DNA of 64,000 nucleotides from Octopus vulgaris (taxonomy: Eukaryota), in NCBI GenBank assembly GCA_951406725.2, contig OX597814.1, positions 111,104,001 to 111,168,000 on the forward strand, in the 5' to 3' direction. Below, piece after piece: positions 13,300-25,349 of this stretch. Below the pieces are notes generated by a model. The model was not told the DNA's origin. It worked only from the letters and a program-made list of their open reading frames with translations, and made no database searches. The position numbers and the translations under genes were made by a program. Numbering within the stretch: position 1 is the first letter of the stretch; each line of letters begins with the position of its first letter.

Positions 13300-13537
13300 A
13301 TATCGTGGCCGATGCCAGACCCCTCTGGCACCTGTGCGGGTGGCACGTGAAAAGCACCCACTACACTCGCGGAGTGGTTGGCGTTAGGAAGGGCATCCAG
13401 CTGTAGAAACACTGCCAGACTAGACTGGAGCCTGGGGCAGTCCCGAGCTCCCCAGACCCCGGTCGAAACCGTCCAACCCGTGCTAGCGCGGAAAACGGAC
13501 GTTAAACGATGATGATGATGATGATGATGATGATGAT
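13300..13537 (+). mobile_element. RTE 3'-tail element ending in (GAT)n
   Basis: GGCGTTAGGAAGGGCATCCAGCTGTAGAAAC...CGGACGTTAAACGATGATGAT; closely similar to the 3' end of the RTE at 27730-27945. Confidence 0.9.
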
Positions 13538-13590
13538 AGAGATTCACTATAAAATTATCTTAGCATTTTCTATTTTTGACTTATTTTTTC

Positions 13591-13611
<21 letters not shown>

Positions 13612-13621
<10 letters not shown>

Positions 13622-13950
13622 CTCAACACGCACACACACATATATATCGGAGTGATGTTTGATCACTTAGTGTTTTATTGGTATTATATCATTATTAAAA
13701 AAATAAAACGCTAAATTTTATTAACGGTTCAAATCCTCTCGGGTTCAATAACGAAAACAAAAAAAAAACTAACAAAAAAAAACACCAGTTATGTGTAAAG
13801 TTAGATTTAATAGCCTGTACACTCATCCAACGCACCTGTTTTCGAAATCAACTAAGAGCAGTAGAACACCTTGTATTTAGTTAGATCTTGTGTTTTCGAA
13901 TTCATGTAACATTATTGTCAATTTTACCTTTCGCTCTCGGAGAATCGCGC

Positions 13951-14006
<56 letters not shown>

Positions 14007-14189
14007 CTCAATTGCCCATAAGTCCAATATAAGAAATAAAAACACTCAAAAATTTGAGCTGTAATATAATTTCCTAAGAGGTATGTGCCTCTGACATGAT
14101 AAGTCGCCTATATTGCCAAGTGCAGCACAAGTCGTGAAACCATTGGTAACTTTCTAACCGACCATAACCAACGACTACAATACACACAC

Positions 14190-14232
<43 letters not shown>

Positions 14233-14513
14233 TATACATATTTATATACATATGATGATGACACACATATATGTGTGTGTGTGTGTAGATATATATATAT
14301 ATATATACATGTATATAGATGCATTTATGTAGGTAGATGCATATATATATATATATATATATATATGCATCTACCTACATAAATGCATATATATATATAT
14401 ATGCATCTACCTACATAAATGCATCTATATATATACATCTACCTACATAAATGCATCTATATATATATCTACACACACACACATATATGTGTGTCATCAT
14501 CATATGTATATAA

Positions 14514-14566
<53 letters not shown>

Positions 14567-15116
14567 TGTGTGTATTGTAGTCGTTGGTTATGGACGGTTA
14601 GAAAGTTACCAATGGTTTCACGACTTGTGCTGCTCTTGGCAATATAGGCGACTTATCATGTCGGAAGCACATACCTCTTAGGAAATTATATTACAGCTCA
14701 AATTTTTGAGTGTTTTTATTTCTTATATTGGACTTATGGGCAATTGAGTTATATATATATATATATATATATATACACGCGATTCTCCTGGAGCGAAAGG
14801 TAAAATTGACAATAATGTTACATGAATTCGAAAACACAAGATCTAACTAAAATACAAGGTGTTCTACTGCTCTTAGTTGATTTCGAAAACAGGTGCGTTG
14901 GATGAGTGTACAGACTATTAAATCTAACTTTACACATAACTGGTGTTTTTTTTTTGTTTGTTTTTTTTTTGTTTTCGTTATTGAACCCGAGAGGATTTGA
15001 ACCGTTAATAAAACTTAGCGTTTTATTTTTTAATAATGATATAAAACCAATAAAACACTAAGTAATCAAACATCACTCCGATATATATGTGTGTGTGCGT
15101 GTTGAGTTATAATATA
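13612..15116. repeat. 1.5-kb near-perfect palindrome centred on (AT)13
   Basis: 13612-14340 is the reverse complement of 14367-15116 apart from a few substitutions and microsatellite length differences. The centre is GTAGATGC(AT)13GCATCTAC. Confidence 0.97.
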
Positions 15117-15823
15117 AACAAATTTTACATTAACCTGAAGGATTGCTCAAAACTTTTTGTAGAGTACATATTCATATATTTATAAATGTGTGTGTATATA
15201 CACGCGCGCGCCAGGTTAAATCCGTAAGATATATGTTAATTTGACAAATCTTACAGATGTGGTGAATTTGTCAAATACATATATTATATGGTTATGTCAA
15301 GTTCCGAGATCAAATCCTTCGTAGTTAATTTAATCCGTTAACCCCCCCACCCCGGGTTGATAACACACGTACCGACAATCTTTCCAAATGTGGCCATCCC
15401 ATCTTTTTTCTGGCATACTGTAGGTAAGACTATATTAGCCAATGCGGCACATACATGTGTGTGTATACACACACACATATATGTACACACACACACATAT
15501 ATATATACCTATACATATATAAATACATACACACACATACATATATTATCTATACACATATAAATATATCTACACACACACACATATATTATCTATACAC
15601 ATATAAATATATCTACACACAATCACACACACACACACATATATATCTACACACAATCACACACACAAACACATATATATCTACACACAATCACACACAC
15701 ACATATATATCTACACACAATCACACACACACACACATATATATCTACACACAATCACACACACAAACACATATATATCTACACACAATCACACACACAC
15801 ACACATATATATCTACACACAAT

Positions 15824-15881
<58 letters not shown>

Positions 15882-15929
15882 TACACACATATATACCTAT
15901 ACACATATATACATACACACCTATATAAA

Positions 15930-16053
15930 TTTGTTTCGTCATAACTTTATGAAAATGGATATTTTTCCTAATGAGATTTTCTACTGAAATTAATCCTTGT
16001 AGAAAATTTCATTAAACTATATCCATTTTTTTAGAAAGTTATGAAGAAACAAA
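15930..16053. repeat. About 125-bp hairpin element; its left arm is re-duplicated at 16498-16545
   Basis: TTTGTTTCGTCATAACTTT...AAAATGGATAT pairs with ATATCCATTTT...AAAGTTATGAAGAAACAAA. Confidence 0.75.
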
Positions 16054-16546
16054 GTCGGAGGGGGGCGGGGCTCGCTTGTGTAGTTATGCTTATATGTATG
16101 TGACGATGTTAGGAAGTGATTCGAGGAAGATTTGGCTGCTATTTCCAGCAGTACGAGTGTATAGTGTGTTAGTGTATGCGCGCATATACATATGGGGGTG
16201 TCTTCTATGAATTTAAGAAATCCCTGCTGTTATTAATTATGGTCTTCACTTCATTAAGTTCCAAATAAATTCTAAGAGAAAGGCATAAATGCCAAAACTT
16301 TTCATTAAAGCACTTTAATAAATTTATGGAAATATACACATATACATACATACACACACACATATGTATATATATGCACATACACACACATATATACCTA
16401 TACACACACACACACACATATATACATACATACATACACACACATATATATATATATATATACACCTATACACATATATACACCTATACAAATTTGTTTC
16501 GTCATAACTTTCTGAAAATGGATATTTTTTCCAAATGAGATTTTCG

Positions 16547-16595
16547 TTGTGGTGCACCTGAGCACTGTATACAATAATTTCATTATTATTATTAC
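16547..16595 (+). mobile_element. Extremely 5'-truncated CR1 tail
   Basis: GTGGTGCACCTGAGCACTGTATACAATAATTTCATTATTATT matches the tail of the CR1 at 4491-4535. Confidence 0.8.
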
Positions 16596-17102
16596 TATAA
16601 CCCCCCCCCTCCCAAATGCTCCCCTACCTTCAGTTTGCTATTGTTAGCATTATTATCAATAATAATTAATTCTCACCTGCTCAATTTACCTTCCTAATAA
16701 ATGATTTATTAACTAGTTTTCGTAAAGCTTCAAAAGAAATTAATACAGAGAAAAAAATATATGTAGCGCTTGCAGGTTTCTCCCCACTAAAGTTATAATA
16801 TACAAACTTTCTATATTTTCTTACATAAACATGACTAAAACTAGATTTACATGAGAAACAAACAAGAAAATTAATGTTATTTATGTCCCTCAAGCTCCGT
16901 CCACTGAAGATGGGGGTTGGTTATTGGCTTCAGGTAAATAAAATCAATCATATTAGGAAATCGATTATATTAGTGTTTGATAATGATATTAATAAGGGAA
17001 ATGGAAGATGAATAGTTTAAAAGTGACAGATACACAAACATGTACAACTTTATAGTTGCGAGGTTTTTTTAATAATTGTTTTGAAGTAAATTAGTGTCTC
17101 AC

Positions 17103-17295
17103 CTGTTCCGTTTTGATCCGACAGGTGCCCAACGCCTGTCCGATGTCCATTCCCTTCACAATTTACCATTCGTTGCCGGCTATTGCTGCCGTCTTCATTC
17201 TCACAACAGTTTTTTTCACATGTAAATCTATCCATGCCATCATTGTAAAAATCCCGTGCGCTCACTTTCCATAGAAATCCAGCAGTTAACTTCAT
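17103..17295 (-). other. Candidate exon of a minus-strand transcript
   Basis: Unique CpG-retaining sequence with open frame MKLTAGF...MDRFTCEKNCC...DQNGT, ending at a strong donor CAG|GTGAGA (17103/17102). No protein family recognised. Confidence 0.35.
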
Positions 17296-17640
17296 TTAAC
17301 TTCGGTTTATCTCGCTCTCTCTCTGTTGCGTTCATTTGACTGTCGGTGCGTTACATATTTTGAGGTGAAAATCATTTAGAAAAATAGACCGAATGAGGTG
17401 GGTATTGTTAGAAAAAGAATGGAAATTCACTTGAAAGTATTTATTTCTGGTTAAGGTGGCATTTTTCTTTCTTCATAAAGTCATTTTTTTCGGAGCTAAT
17501 TCGTGGGCTGAAAAAAAGGAAGGTGTTAATGTTGATGTGACATTAACATTGTCGCCATGTTGAATGGGTCAGGGAGGTTGTGGGAGTGGAAGGGGGAGGG
17601 GCTTAGAGTGAACGAAGCAGACGACAGGAGCAACATGTCT
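17296..17640. promoter_or_regulatory. Candidate (possibly bidirectional) promoter region
   Basis: Repeat-free and CpG-enriched; YY1-like CAACATGGCG (minus, 17553-17562); G-rich GGGGGAGGGG at about 17592; plus-strand donor-like GAG|GTGGGT at 17397. Confidence 0.4.
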
Positions 17641-18638
17641 ACAAACTATTGAAAGCTAACAAAAACACAGCAAAACAAATAATAACTCATAAAGATACGT
17701 CATTTTATTGAACGAACATTTTCCTTTCTTAAAATCCATAAATCTTTGTCCAGTTTTCATTCATTTCTACATATTTAAAATTTTCCTTTCGACTATTTTT
17801 TTATCCAATAGCTGTTTTATTTATTTGTTTATTTGTCCATGTTAAGATGTACCTGGACAGTAACGGTAGGGTATAGGCAAGAGGTGAAATGAATTTGTTA
17901 GGGTTCGTCTCGTCAACTTCTAACAAAAGAAATGAAACGAAATACCTGAAGAAAAAATAAATTATTCACTCATAACTTATCTCTCACTTTTGAAATATAA
18001 ATTTGTTTTTATTTATTTATTTATTTAACTGTTTCTATAATTAATTACTTTTCTACTATCTCTAATTACAATTTTCTATTGAACTTGGGACAGCTATGTT
18101 TCAAAAGAAAATTAACACATTGACAAATTTTAATATCATTTAATGTCATTTATTTAAGCGAAATTAATTAGTTAATAATAAATTAATGAAAACAAAATAT
18201 TATTTGTTCTGGGAATGTTTGGCACTCAAAATATAGAGAATTATTTAAATTCATGTAATTTTATCAAGCCCTATATAATAGCCAGTTTATGTCTTCTAAA
18301 AAAAACCCACAGTGGCTTTTAATCCTTAGGCTATATGCTTTGTAAATCAGAGACTTGCTATGTTGACAGAGTATCATGCTACTATTCAAAGAGGGAATAT
18401 TTTGTGCTCTGCCAGTAGAAAAGGCACTTAACTCTCAATGACTCTAATTCATTTCCCTTTAAGAACTAAACATGGACACCTTAAGGGCTAAAATTCTCCC
18501 TTCAACTAATGTACTGAGACTGAAAACTTTTATTCAATTCATTAAGGCTAATCAATTATTAATGATATCTATAATTAGAAAATATTGAACAAGTGGCTTT
18601 CTTTAGCAAGTTTATAAAAGAAATATAGAAGAGCACTA

Positions 18639-19015
18639 TACAAGAGCACTCAGAGAGTGCAAACCTCTGCCAAGACAACACCAATGTCCTCTCAACAATT
18701 AGCCAGAGATGATTTTTAGAATGAGAATATCTGAAATAAACACGACAGCTCTCACAAACGAGAATATTAAAAATGAACCCAACTGCTCTCAGAAATTAAG
18801 TAAAAAGCAGAAAAAATAATCCAGAATCCTTGTCTAGAACCAGATCGATCCCAAAATCTAATCAGTTTGTGCCAATCATGAGGCCAAATATCTCTGAAAG
18901 TTTCATCTGAATCCATCCAGCAGTTCTTCAGATATCTTGCCTACAGATAAACAAAAAAAACAAACAAACATGACTGAAAACAATACCTGCACCTTAGCAA
19001 AGGGAGAGGTAATAA
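18639..19015 (+). mobile_element. Non-autonomous Helentron/HINE-like element
   Basis: 5' ACAAGAGCACTCAGAGAG..AAACCTCTGCCAAG; internal CCAAAATCTAATCAGTT and AAGTTTCATC..AATCCATCC; (AAAC)n; 3' hairpin ACCTGCACCTT..AAGGGAGAGGTAA. Confidence 0.65.
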
Positions 19016-20395
19016 TTGGCATACATTGTTGACTAAAAATGCTAGAGAGTTTTATAAATTCTGTAATTGTAAAAGCATCAGAAACTGATATATTTCTTAA
19101 TAAAAAGTTGGGTTTAAGAACAAATTCATGAATTTTTTATTTATTTATTATTATTTTTGTGAAAATTTCAAGGGCTACAAGCTACAGTAGTATCCACCCT
19201 TAGGGGTTAGCCACATTTAAGTGGCAAATGTACTTCACATTGTCATGCAGCTACTGTTTATACCTCACTCAAAGATTTATTAGTGCTAAATTTTTTTTCC
19301 TTCTATTCACTATTATGGTGATTATACCAAAGAATACAAAATACAAATTATCTGTCCAAAAGAGTTGCAATTTCAATCTGAATAATTCAGTTCTAAAAAA
19401 AGAAAATACTATTATATTTTGATACAGAATATTGGCTTTCTTACATTGTCAAACTGTCAATTCTTAAAGGATATATTTTATCAAAATTCGCCATCGCTCG
19501 TTTGTTATTTATGAAACCTATCAAGGTGAAAGGCAAAGCTGTCACTGGTGGGATTTAAAACTAGGACATATTTACTACTGTTTCTTCTTAATTACTACCC
19601 TAGCATTAGTGCAAAATTACCAGTGGCACTAATGAGATACTAACCAGCCTTTAGGAATATTCTTTAAAACATTATTATAGATAAAACAATATAGTAATTT
19701 GCCTGAAGCAGTTCAATGACCGTAAATGAAATGTTTGAAAAACCTTTGAGCAATGAAGGGTAAGAAATTATGCAAAATATGTAAGATGGTGTCAATGAAA
19801 AGAAAGGGGGAAAATGTATTAAATTACATAGCTTTTTTAATGACTCCATAATATTTAGAGACAGATTTCCCTTTTAAAAGGCTTTTGCAAACATTTATAT
19901 TATTATTGTAGGTCTAAAAGCAAATATTATTTGAATTTAAAATAGACAGAAGCTGAAAGGAGATTGTTATATAGTCCACCTCCATTTGAGCCAAATTTAG
20001 GCATGAGCATCCCACCTCCATTTGCACTTCATGTTTTGAGGCTCTGATGAAACTGTAAGATGTTATTTAGGCACTCAACTGTGAGTCTCCTGCATCTTAT
20101 AATGTAAGCTAATGAAGTTCATAAGAGAATTGGTCAACCTTTTTCTTATTACCACTTTGTACCTGACTAATGCTTTGTTCAGAAGCATACGTGTATTGAG
20201 TTCAACCCCAGCTCATTAGTATCGCAATACCTAAGTGAAACATTAAAACATACGTGTGTGTATGTGTATGCATGTGTGTATATATGTATGTATGTATGTA
20301 TTTAATCATATCAAAAGGAAATGGAAATTAATTAAAATTTACATTTCCAGTGGTCTAATGTGTAAAAAATTTAGTCAAAAAGACAATATATTAGT

Positions 20396-20650
20396 CATAC
20401 GATATAGTGTATATTTAAACACATAAGGAATCCACTTATAGGAATTCAACACGCTAGAAAGAACAGCTAGGTTCTATAACCACAAAAATTAGGGATAAAA
20501 TTCGACAGGAACGAATTGAAAAAGGAAAAACATTATCCTTAAAAACATTATCCCTAATTTTTGTGGTTATAGAACCTAGCTGTTCTTTCTAGCATGTTGA
20601 ATTCCTATAAGTGGATTCCTTATGTGTTTAAATATACACTATATCGTATG
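20396..20650. repeat. Fold-back with 103-bp arms (1 mismatch) and 49-bp loop
   Basis: CATACGATATAGTG...AGGGATAA (20396-20498) is the reverse complement of TTATCCCT...CACTATATCGTATG (20548-20650). Confidence 0.97.
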
Positions 20651-20700
20651 TATGTATGTATGTACAACTGAAAAAATGACTTATTGATGAACACTGCTGT

Positions 20701-20797
20701 TTATATCCTCCCTGATGAGATTGATGCATTTTTTCACATTATTCTTCCTCTCAGATTTATTTTAATGCATCTGTCAAAACATATGTCAGTGATATAA
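20701..20797 (+). ncRNA. Degenerate type I minimal hammerhead-ribozyme-like motif
   Basis: TTATATC..CTGATGA-G(attGATGCATT...AATGCATC tgt)C-AAAA-CATATG-TC-agtGATATAA. Stem III ACATATGT is palindromic; GAAA has become AAAA at a CpG. Confidence 0.55.
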
Positions 20798-20855
20798 ATG
20801 ATTAAAATATCATCTTGAATGTTTGTCTTCATTTTCCATTATTCTTATGTACATA

Positions 20856-22245
20856 TAGGTATAGGAGTGGCTGTGTGGTAAGTAGCTTGCTTATGAACCA
20901 CATGGTTCCGGGTTCAGTCCCACTGCGTGACACCTTCTACTATAGCCTCGGGCTGACCAAAGCCTTGTGAGTGGATTTGGTAGACGGAAACTGAAAGAAG
21001 CCCATCGTATATATGTATATATATATATGAATATATGTATGTGTTTGTGTATGTATGTGTGTCCCCAACATTGCTTGACAACCGATGCTGGTGTGTTTAC
21101 GTCCCCCGTAACTTAGTGGTTCGGCAAAAGAGACCGATAGAATAAGTACTAGGCTTACTCGACTAAAGGCGGAGCTCCAGCATGGCTACAGTCACATGAC
21201 TGAAACAAGTAAAAGAAAAGATATAAAAGATATGTGTATGCATAGACATATGTAAGAGAGAGAGAGAAAGAAAGAGAGAGTGTGTGTGTGTGTTTCCTTG
21301 TCCTGATATTGCATGGTAGTTGTAAATGAGTATCAATGACATAGAAGCAGTGTGGTTCATTTCCAATATTTTACAGAATCGTGCCTCACCCTGGCAAAAT
21401 ACGATTTTAAATATTCTTAAGCTGATACTTAAGAATCGACTTAGCCATGTTCATGAAGATAAACCAAAGAAATATTTTGTTATGAACTAAAGAAATATTA
21501 TTTTTCTAAAGTGAACATAACGTGTACTAATGCTGCACCTTGGGCAAGTGTCTTCTACTGTAGCCTTAGGCTGACCAAAGCCTTGTGAGTGGATTTGGTA
21601 GACAGAAACTGAAAGAAGCCTGTCAAGTGGCTGTGTGGTAAGTAGCTTGCTTATAAACCACATAGTTCCAGGTTCAGTCCCACTGCATGGCACCTTCGGC
21701 AAGTGTCTCCTACTATAGCCTCGGGCCGACCAAAGCCTTGTGAGTGGATATGGCAGACGGAAACTGAAAGAAGCCCATCGTATATATGTATATATATATG
21801 TTTGTGTGTCTGTGTTTGTCCCCCCCCCCCAACATTCGCTTGACAATCGATGCTGGTGTGTTTATGTCCCTGTAACTTAGCTGTTCGGCAAAAGATACCA
21901 ATAGAATAAATACTAGGTTTACAAAGAATAAGTTCTGGGGCCGATTTGCTCGACTAAAGGAGGTGCTCCAGCATGGCTGCAGTCAAATGACTGAAACAAG
22001 TAAAAGAGTAAAAGACTATATATATATATATATATATATATGTCTGTGTTTGTCCCCCTGCCATCACTTGACAACTGATGCTGGTGTGCTTATGTCCCTG
22101 TAACTTAGCAGTTCGGCAAAAGAGACCGACCAAATAAGTACTAGGCTTACAAAGAATAAGTTCTGGAGTCGATTTGTTCAACTAAAAGCCTTCAAGGTGG
22201 TGCTCTAGCATGGCCACAGTCAAATGGCTGAAACAAATAAAATGA
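20856..22245 (+). mobile_element. Cluster of SINE family A copies (20856-21215, 21536-22010, 22040-22245)
   Basis: Repeated GGAGTGGCTGTGTGGTAAGTAGCTTGCTT heads and CAGCATGGC..CAGTCAAATGACTGAAAC tails. Confidence 0.85.
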
Positions 22246-22989
22246 AATATACTCTTAGGTAGATTTGTGTATTAGAAGCTTTCTTGGTTATTAAGTGAAA
22301 AACGAAGTATGTTCAAAACTGGTGTGATGAACTGCCGTATCATGTCTGAAGACAAGAGAACTTCAATGTGATACTTCAGTTTTTACCTTAATGAAAAGCA
22401 GACATTACTTCTTTGTCACAGATGAGTTGTTAAGCCTTTCAAGGGCATCCAACTGTGAAAAGACTTAGGTAATTTATGTTTAACTGGTTTGTCAAAAAAA
22501 TAAAAAAAACATGATAGCATTGACAAATGTATTATTTATGTGTGTGTCCGTGTGTATATATGTATGAGTTTGTGTGTGCGTGTGTATATATGTATGAGTT
22601 TGTGTGTGTGTGTTTGAGTTTGTGTGTGTCTCATACACACGTCTTCATTATCATCATCATCATTTTTACATCCATTTTTCATGCTGGTGTGGGTTAGATG
22701 AGTTGTCACAGTGGGTGGGCAGGTATTTATTTGGTGTAATAGCTGTCATATGTGCATGTGTATGCGCATGCTTGTGTGTGTGCGTGCGTGTGTGTGTATG
22801 CATGTGAGAGTAAGTGTATGTATAAGGTGTGTATTATAGTTGTCTTTCTATGAGTATAGGTCTCATAAGTGTGTAGTCTTTTGAGTGTAAGTGTAGAGGT
22901 ATGTGTGTGTAGGCAAGTATCTATATTTGGATTTTTCATGCCACCTTTCTTCTCCTCCTCCACTACCGCCACCACCACCATCATCATTA

Positions 22990-23390
22990 TCACCATCACA
23001 TGATCATAATTCCTGTACCTGCTCCTTCATGCTTCCATGATTTAGATGGGTCTTTCCCAGTACGGTTGTCTTGACATTTGTCACGGTCTTTTATCATTTA
23101 TTTCATGAGAATTGGCCTTTTGAGATTTGCCTTCTTCCCATGTCTTCCTCAGTCGACCTCTTCTAGGGGTTCCCTCCACCTAGATCACTTGACACTATTT
23201 TACCCAACTGTCATCCTTTTAAATATTGCATGCTCATACCAAGGTAGTCGTTTCCCTCACTTGCCACTTGCTTCCAATTTGTGCTCTACCCAATTTTTCT
23301 TAGTTCATATTAGTTCCATCATACACGCACACTAACACTACACATCCAGTGGCATGTACTCATCTCACTTCTTTCCAACTTTTGTAAATC
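22990..23390 (-). mobile_element. Degraded RTE C-terminal fragment
   Basis: Homologous to the RTE 3' coding region (TACACATCCAG...CATACCA...). Confidence 0.55.
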
Positions 23391-23397
23391 TTTCACC

Positions 23398-23800
23398 TCC
23401 CTTTTGATACCAACTCAGTTAAAACCGCCTCTGGCTCTGTAGTACAAATGTCTTGTTTTCAAAAGTTCTAAATTACAATCTTCCACCAAACTTTAGTCAC
23501 AATTTATGTTCCTAACACTAGCTGAATGATAACTAAGTTATTTTACTACATGCTTTGTTACATTTAAAATTAATTGAAAGAAACAGAACATCTCAACAGA
23601 AATATGGTAACAAAAGGGTTAAGATATACAAAAGAGAAACAATTCTTAACTCTTTTGATACCAACCCACCTGAAACCATCTCTGGCTCTGTAGTACAAAT
23701 GTTTTGTTTTCAAAAGTTCTGAATTAAAATCTTCCACCAAACCTTAGTCACAATTTATGTCCCTAACACTAGCTTAATGATAACCAAGTTATTTTACTAA
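23398..23800 (+). mobile_element. piggyBac-type MITE dimer (second unit truncated)
   Basis: CCCTTTTGATACC...GGTAACAAAAGGGTTAA-GATATACAAAAGAGAAACAATTC-TTAACTCTTTTGATACC; same family as 41555-42028. Confidence 0.85.
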
Positions 23801-24200
23801 CCTTTCTGTGAGCTGGTTGCATTCAAGGTTGGCTGCAGGGGTTTCCCAGCAGCTTCTCTCTGAAGGTTTCTGAAGGTGATTGGTGCATCTGCTGCGAGGA
23901 GGATCAACAAGGAATGTGGAGAGAAAGCAGTTGAAGGTAGTGCTTGGATTACCAGGAGGTTTGTGAGTGCATATAAGGCCACAGAACTGGCATGAGTCCG
24001 GTTGCAACATAATACATCCAGCTGTTGTGGGCCCACCGTGTGGAGAGATACTGAGCATAATAGGCTGAAATCTCGGCAAAGTACGGCACTCAGCTGATGA
24101 TTGCAGCCGGATGAGAAATGGAGCACTCGGTGTTTTCTTCTACTTTCCTGGTCGATACTGTACAACTCAGCAATGAAAACTGAGTTCAGAACTAGTTGGT
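23801..24200 (+). mobile_element. Hero/NeSL-like non-LTR retrotransposon 3' end (RLE C-terminus)
   Basis: ELVAFKVGCRGFPAASL*RFLKVIG...RRINKECGEKAVEGSAWI matches the (E)VGCRGF...A...S.W motif of Hero-type restriction-like endonuclease tails. Confidence 0.65.
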
Positions 24201-24508
24201 TCTTAATCAGGAGGGAAGAACAGTGTCCATGACCTTTTAGAAGACCTCTGAGATCAATGGGCAAGGGAAAGTTAATTATCTTCAAACTGGAAATCTGACT
24301 TCAATGCTTGCAATAGAGCAGACTCTGCTAAAATTGCCTCAGGTGCAAAGTTATGGTGTTAAACCAGGCAATAAGTAGGCCTTGGTGGAATTTCAACTCA
24401 AAACACATAAAATTAGAACAAACATAGAAAGGCATCTGAACTGCTACATATTCTAACAGTTCCACCAATCCAACAATCCAACAGCCTGGATCAATAGATA
24501 CATAAACA

Positions 24509-24539
<31 letters not shown>

Positions 24540-24552
24540 TTATTTATTTATA

Positions 24553-24595
<43 letters not shown>

Positions 24596-24690
24596 AGGTA
24601 CAAGTGAGGATATAAGCCTCGGGGGGATAAAAATATATGTATGTGGTCTAACAAAGCAGGCACATACATATTTAGTATTATTAATGTTAT

Positions 24691-25253
24691 ACAAAACAAG
24701 AGAGAAGATGGAGATGAGATTAATAAAACTTTATTAAAAGTTTATTAACAATAACAAGACCAGGCCTACAATTGTTTTATTTCATCACTTGCAGCATAAA
24801 AATTAACCAAGTTTTATTTAATTTAACAAAATTAATTTCATTAATTACTACAAGTGAAGGATGTACAAAGAAATTTATTATATTTAAAACAAAATTAGTA
24901 CATAAAAGCAGGAAGAATACAGTGTGCCATTATAGTTAAAAATATATACACAGTTATAAAAATAGATACTGTATCTATTTTTATAACCATATATTTATTT
25001 TTAACACTGTATTCTTCCTCTTTTTTTTCTTTCATTTTGTTTCAAATACAATAAATTTCTTTGTACATCCTTCTCTGATGATATTCTCATTTATAGTAAC
25101 TAACCAAATTAATTTAGTCAAATTAAATCAAATTTGATTAATATTGATGCTGCAAGTAATGAATTGAAACAATTGTAGGTCTAGTCTTGTCAATGTTAAT
25201 AAATATTTCATAAACTTTTATTAATCTCATCTCCATCTTCTCTCTTGTTTTGT
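24691..25253. repeat. 563-bp fold-back element with a 1-nt loop
   Basis: Ends ACAAAACAAGAGAGAAGATGGAGATGAGATTAATAAAA and TTTTATTAATCTCATCTCCATCTTCTCTCTTGTTTTGT; centre GTTATAAAAATAGATAC-T-GTATCTATTTTTATAAC at 24970. Confidence 0.93.
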
Positions 25254-25349
25254 GTGTGTGTGACACACACACACACACGTATGTATGTATGTATGTATGT
25301 ATGTATGTATATTTTGTTTCAAATTTGTATGAATGTGTATAGAATAATA

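Noticed and set aside
16900-16975. CTGAAGA...GAAATCGATTA hammerhead-like words
   Set aside because: Stems I and II cannot be formed.
20040-20110. CTGATGA followed by a hairpin
   Set aside because: No GAAA or stem III at the required position.
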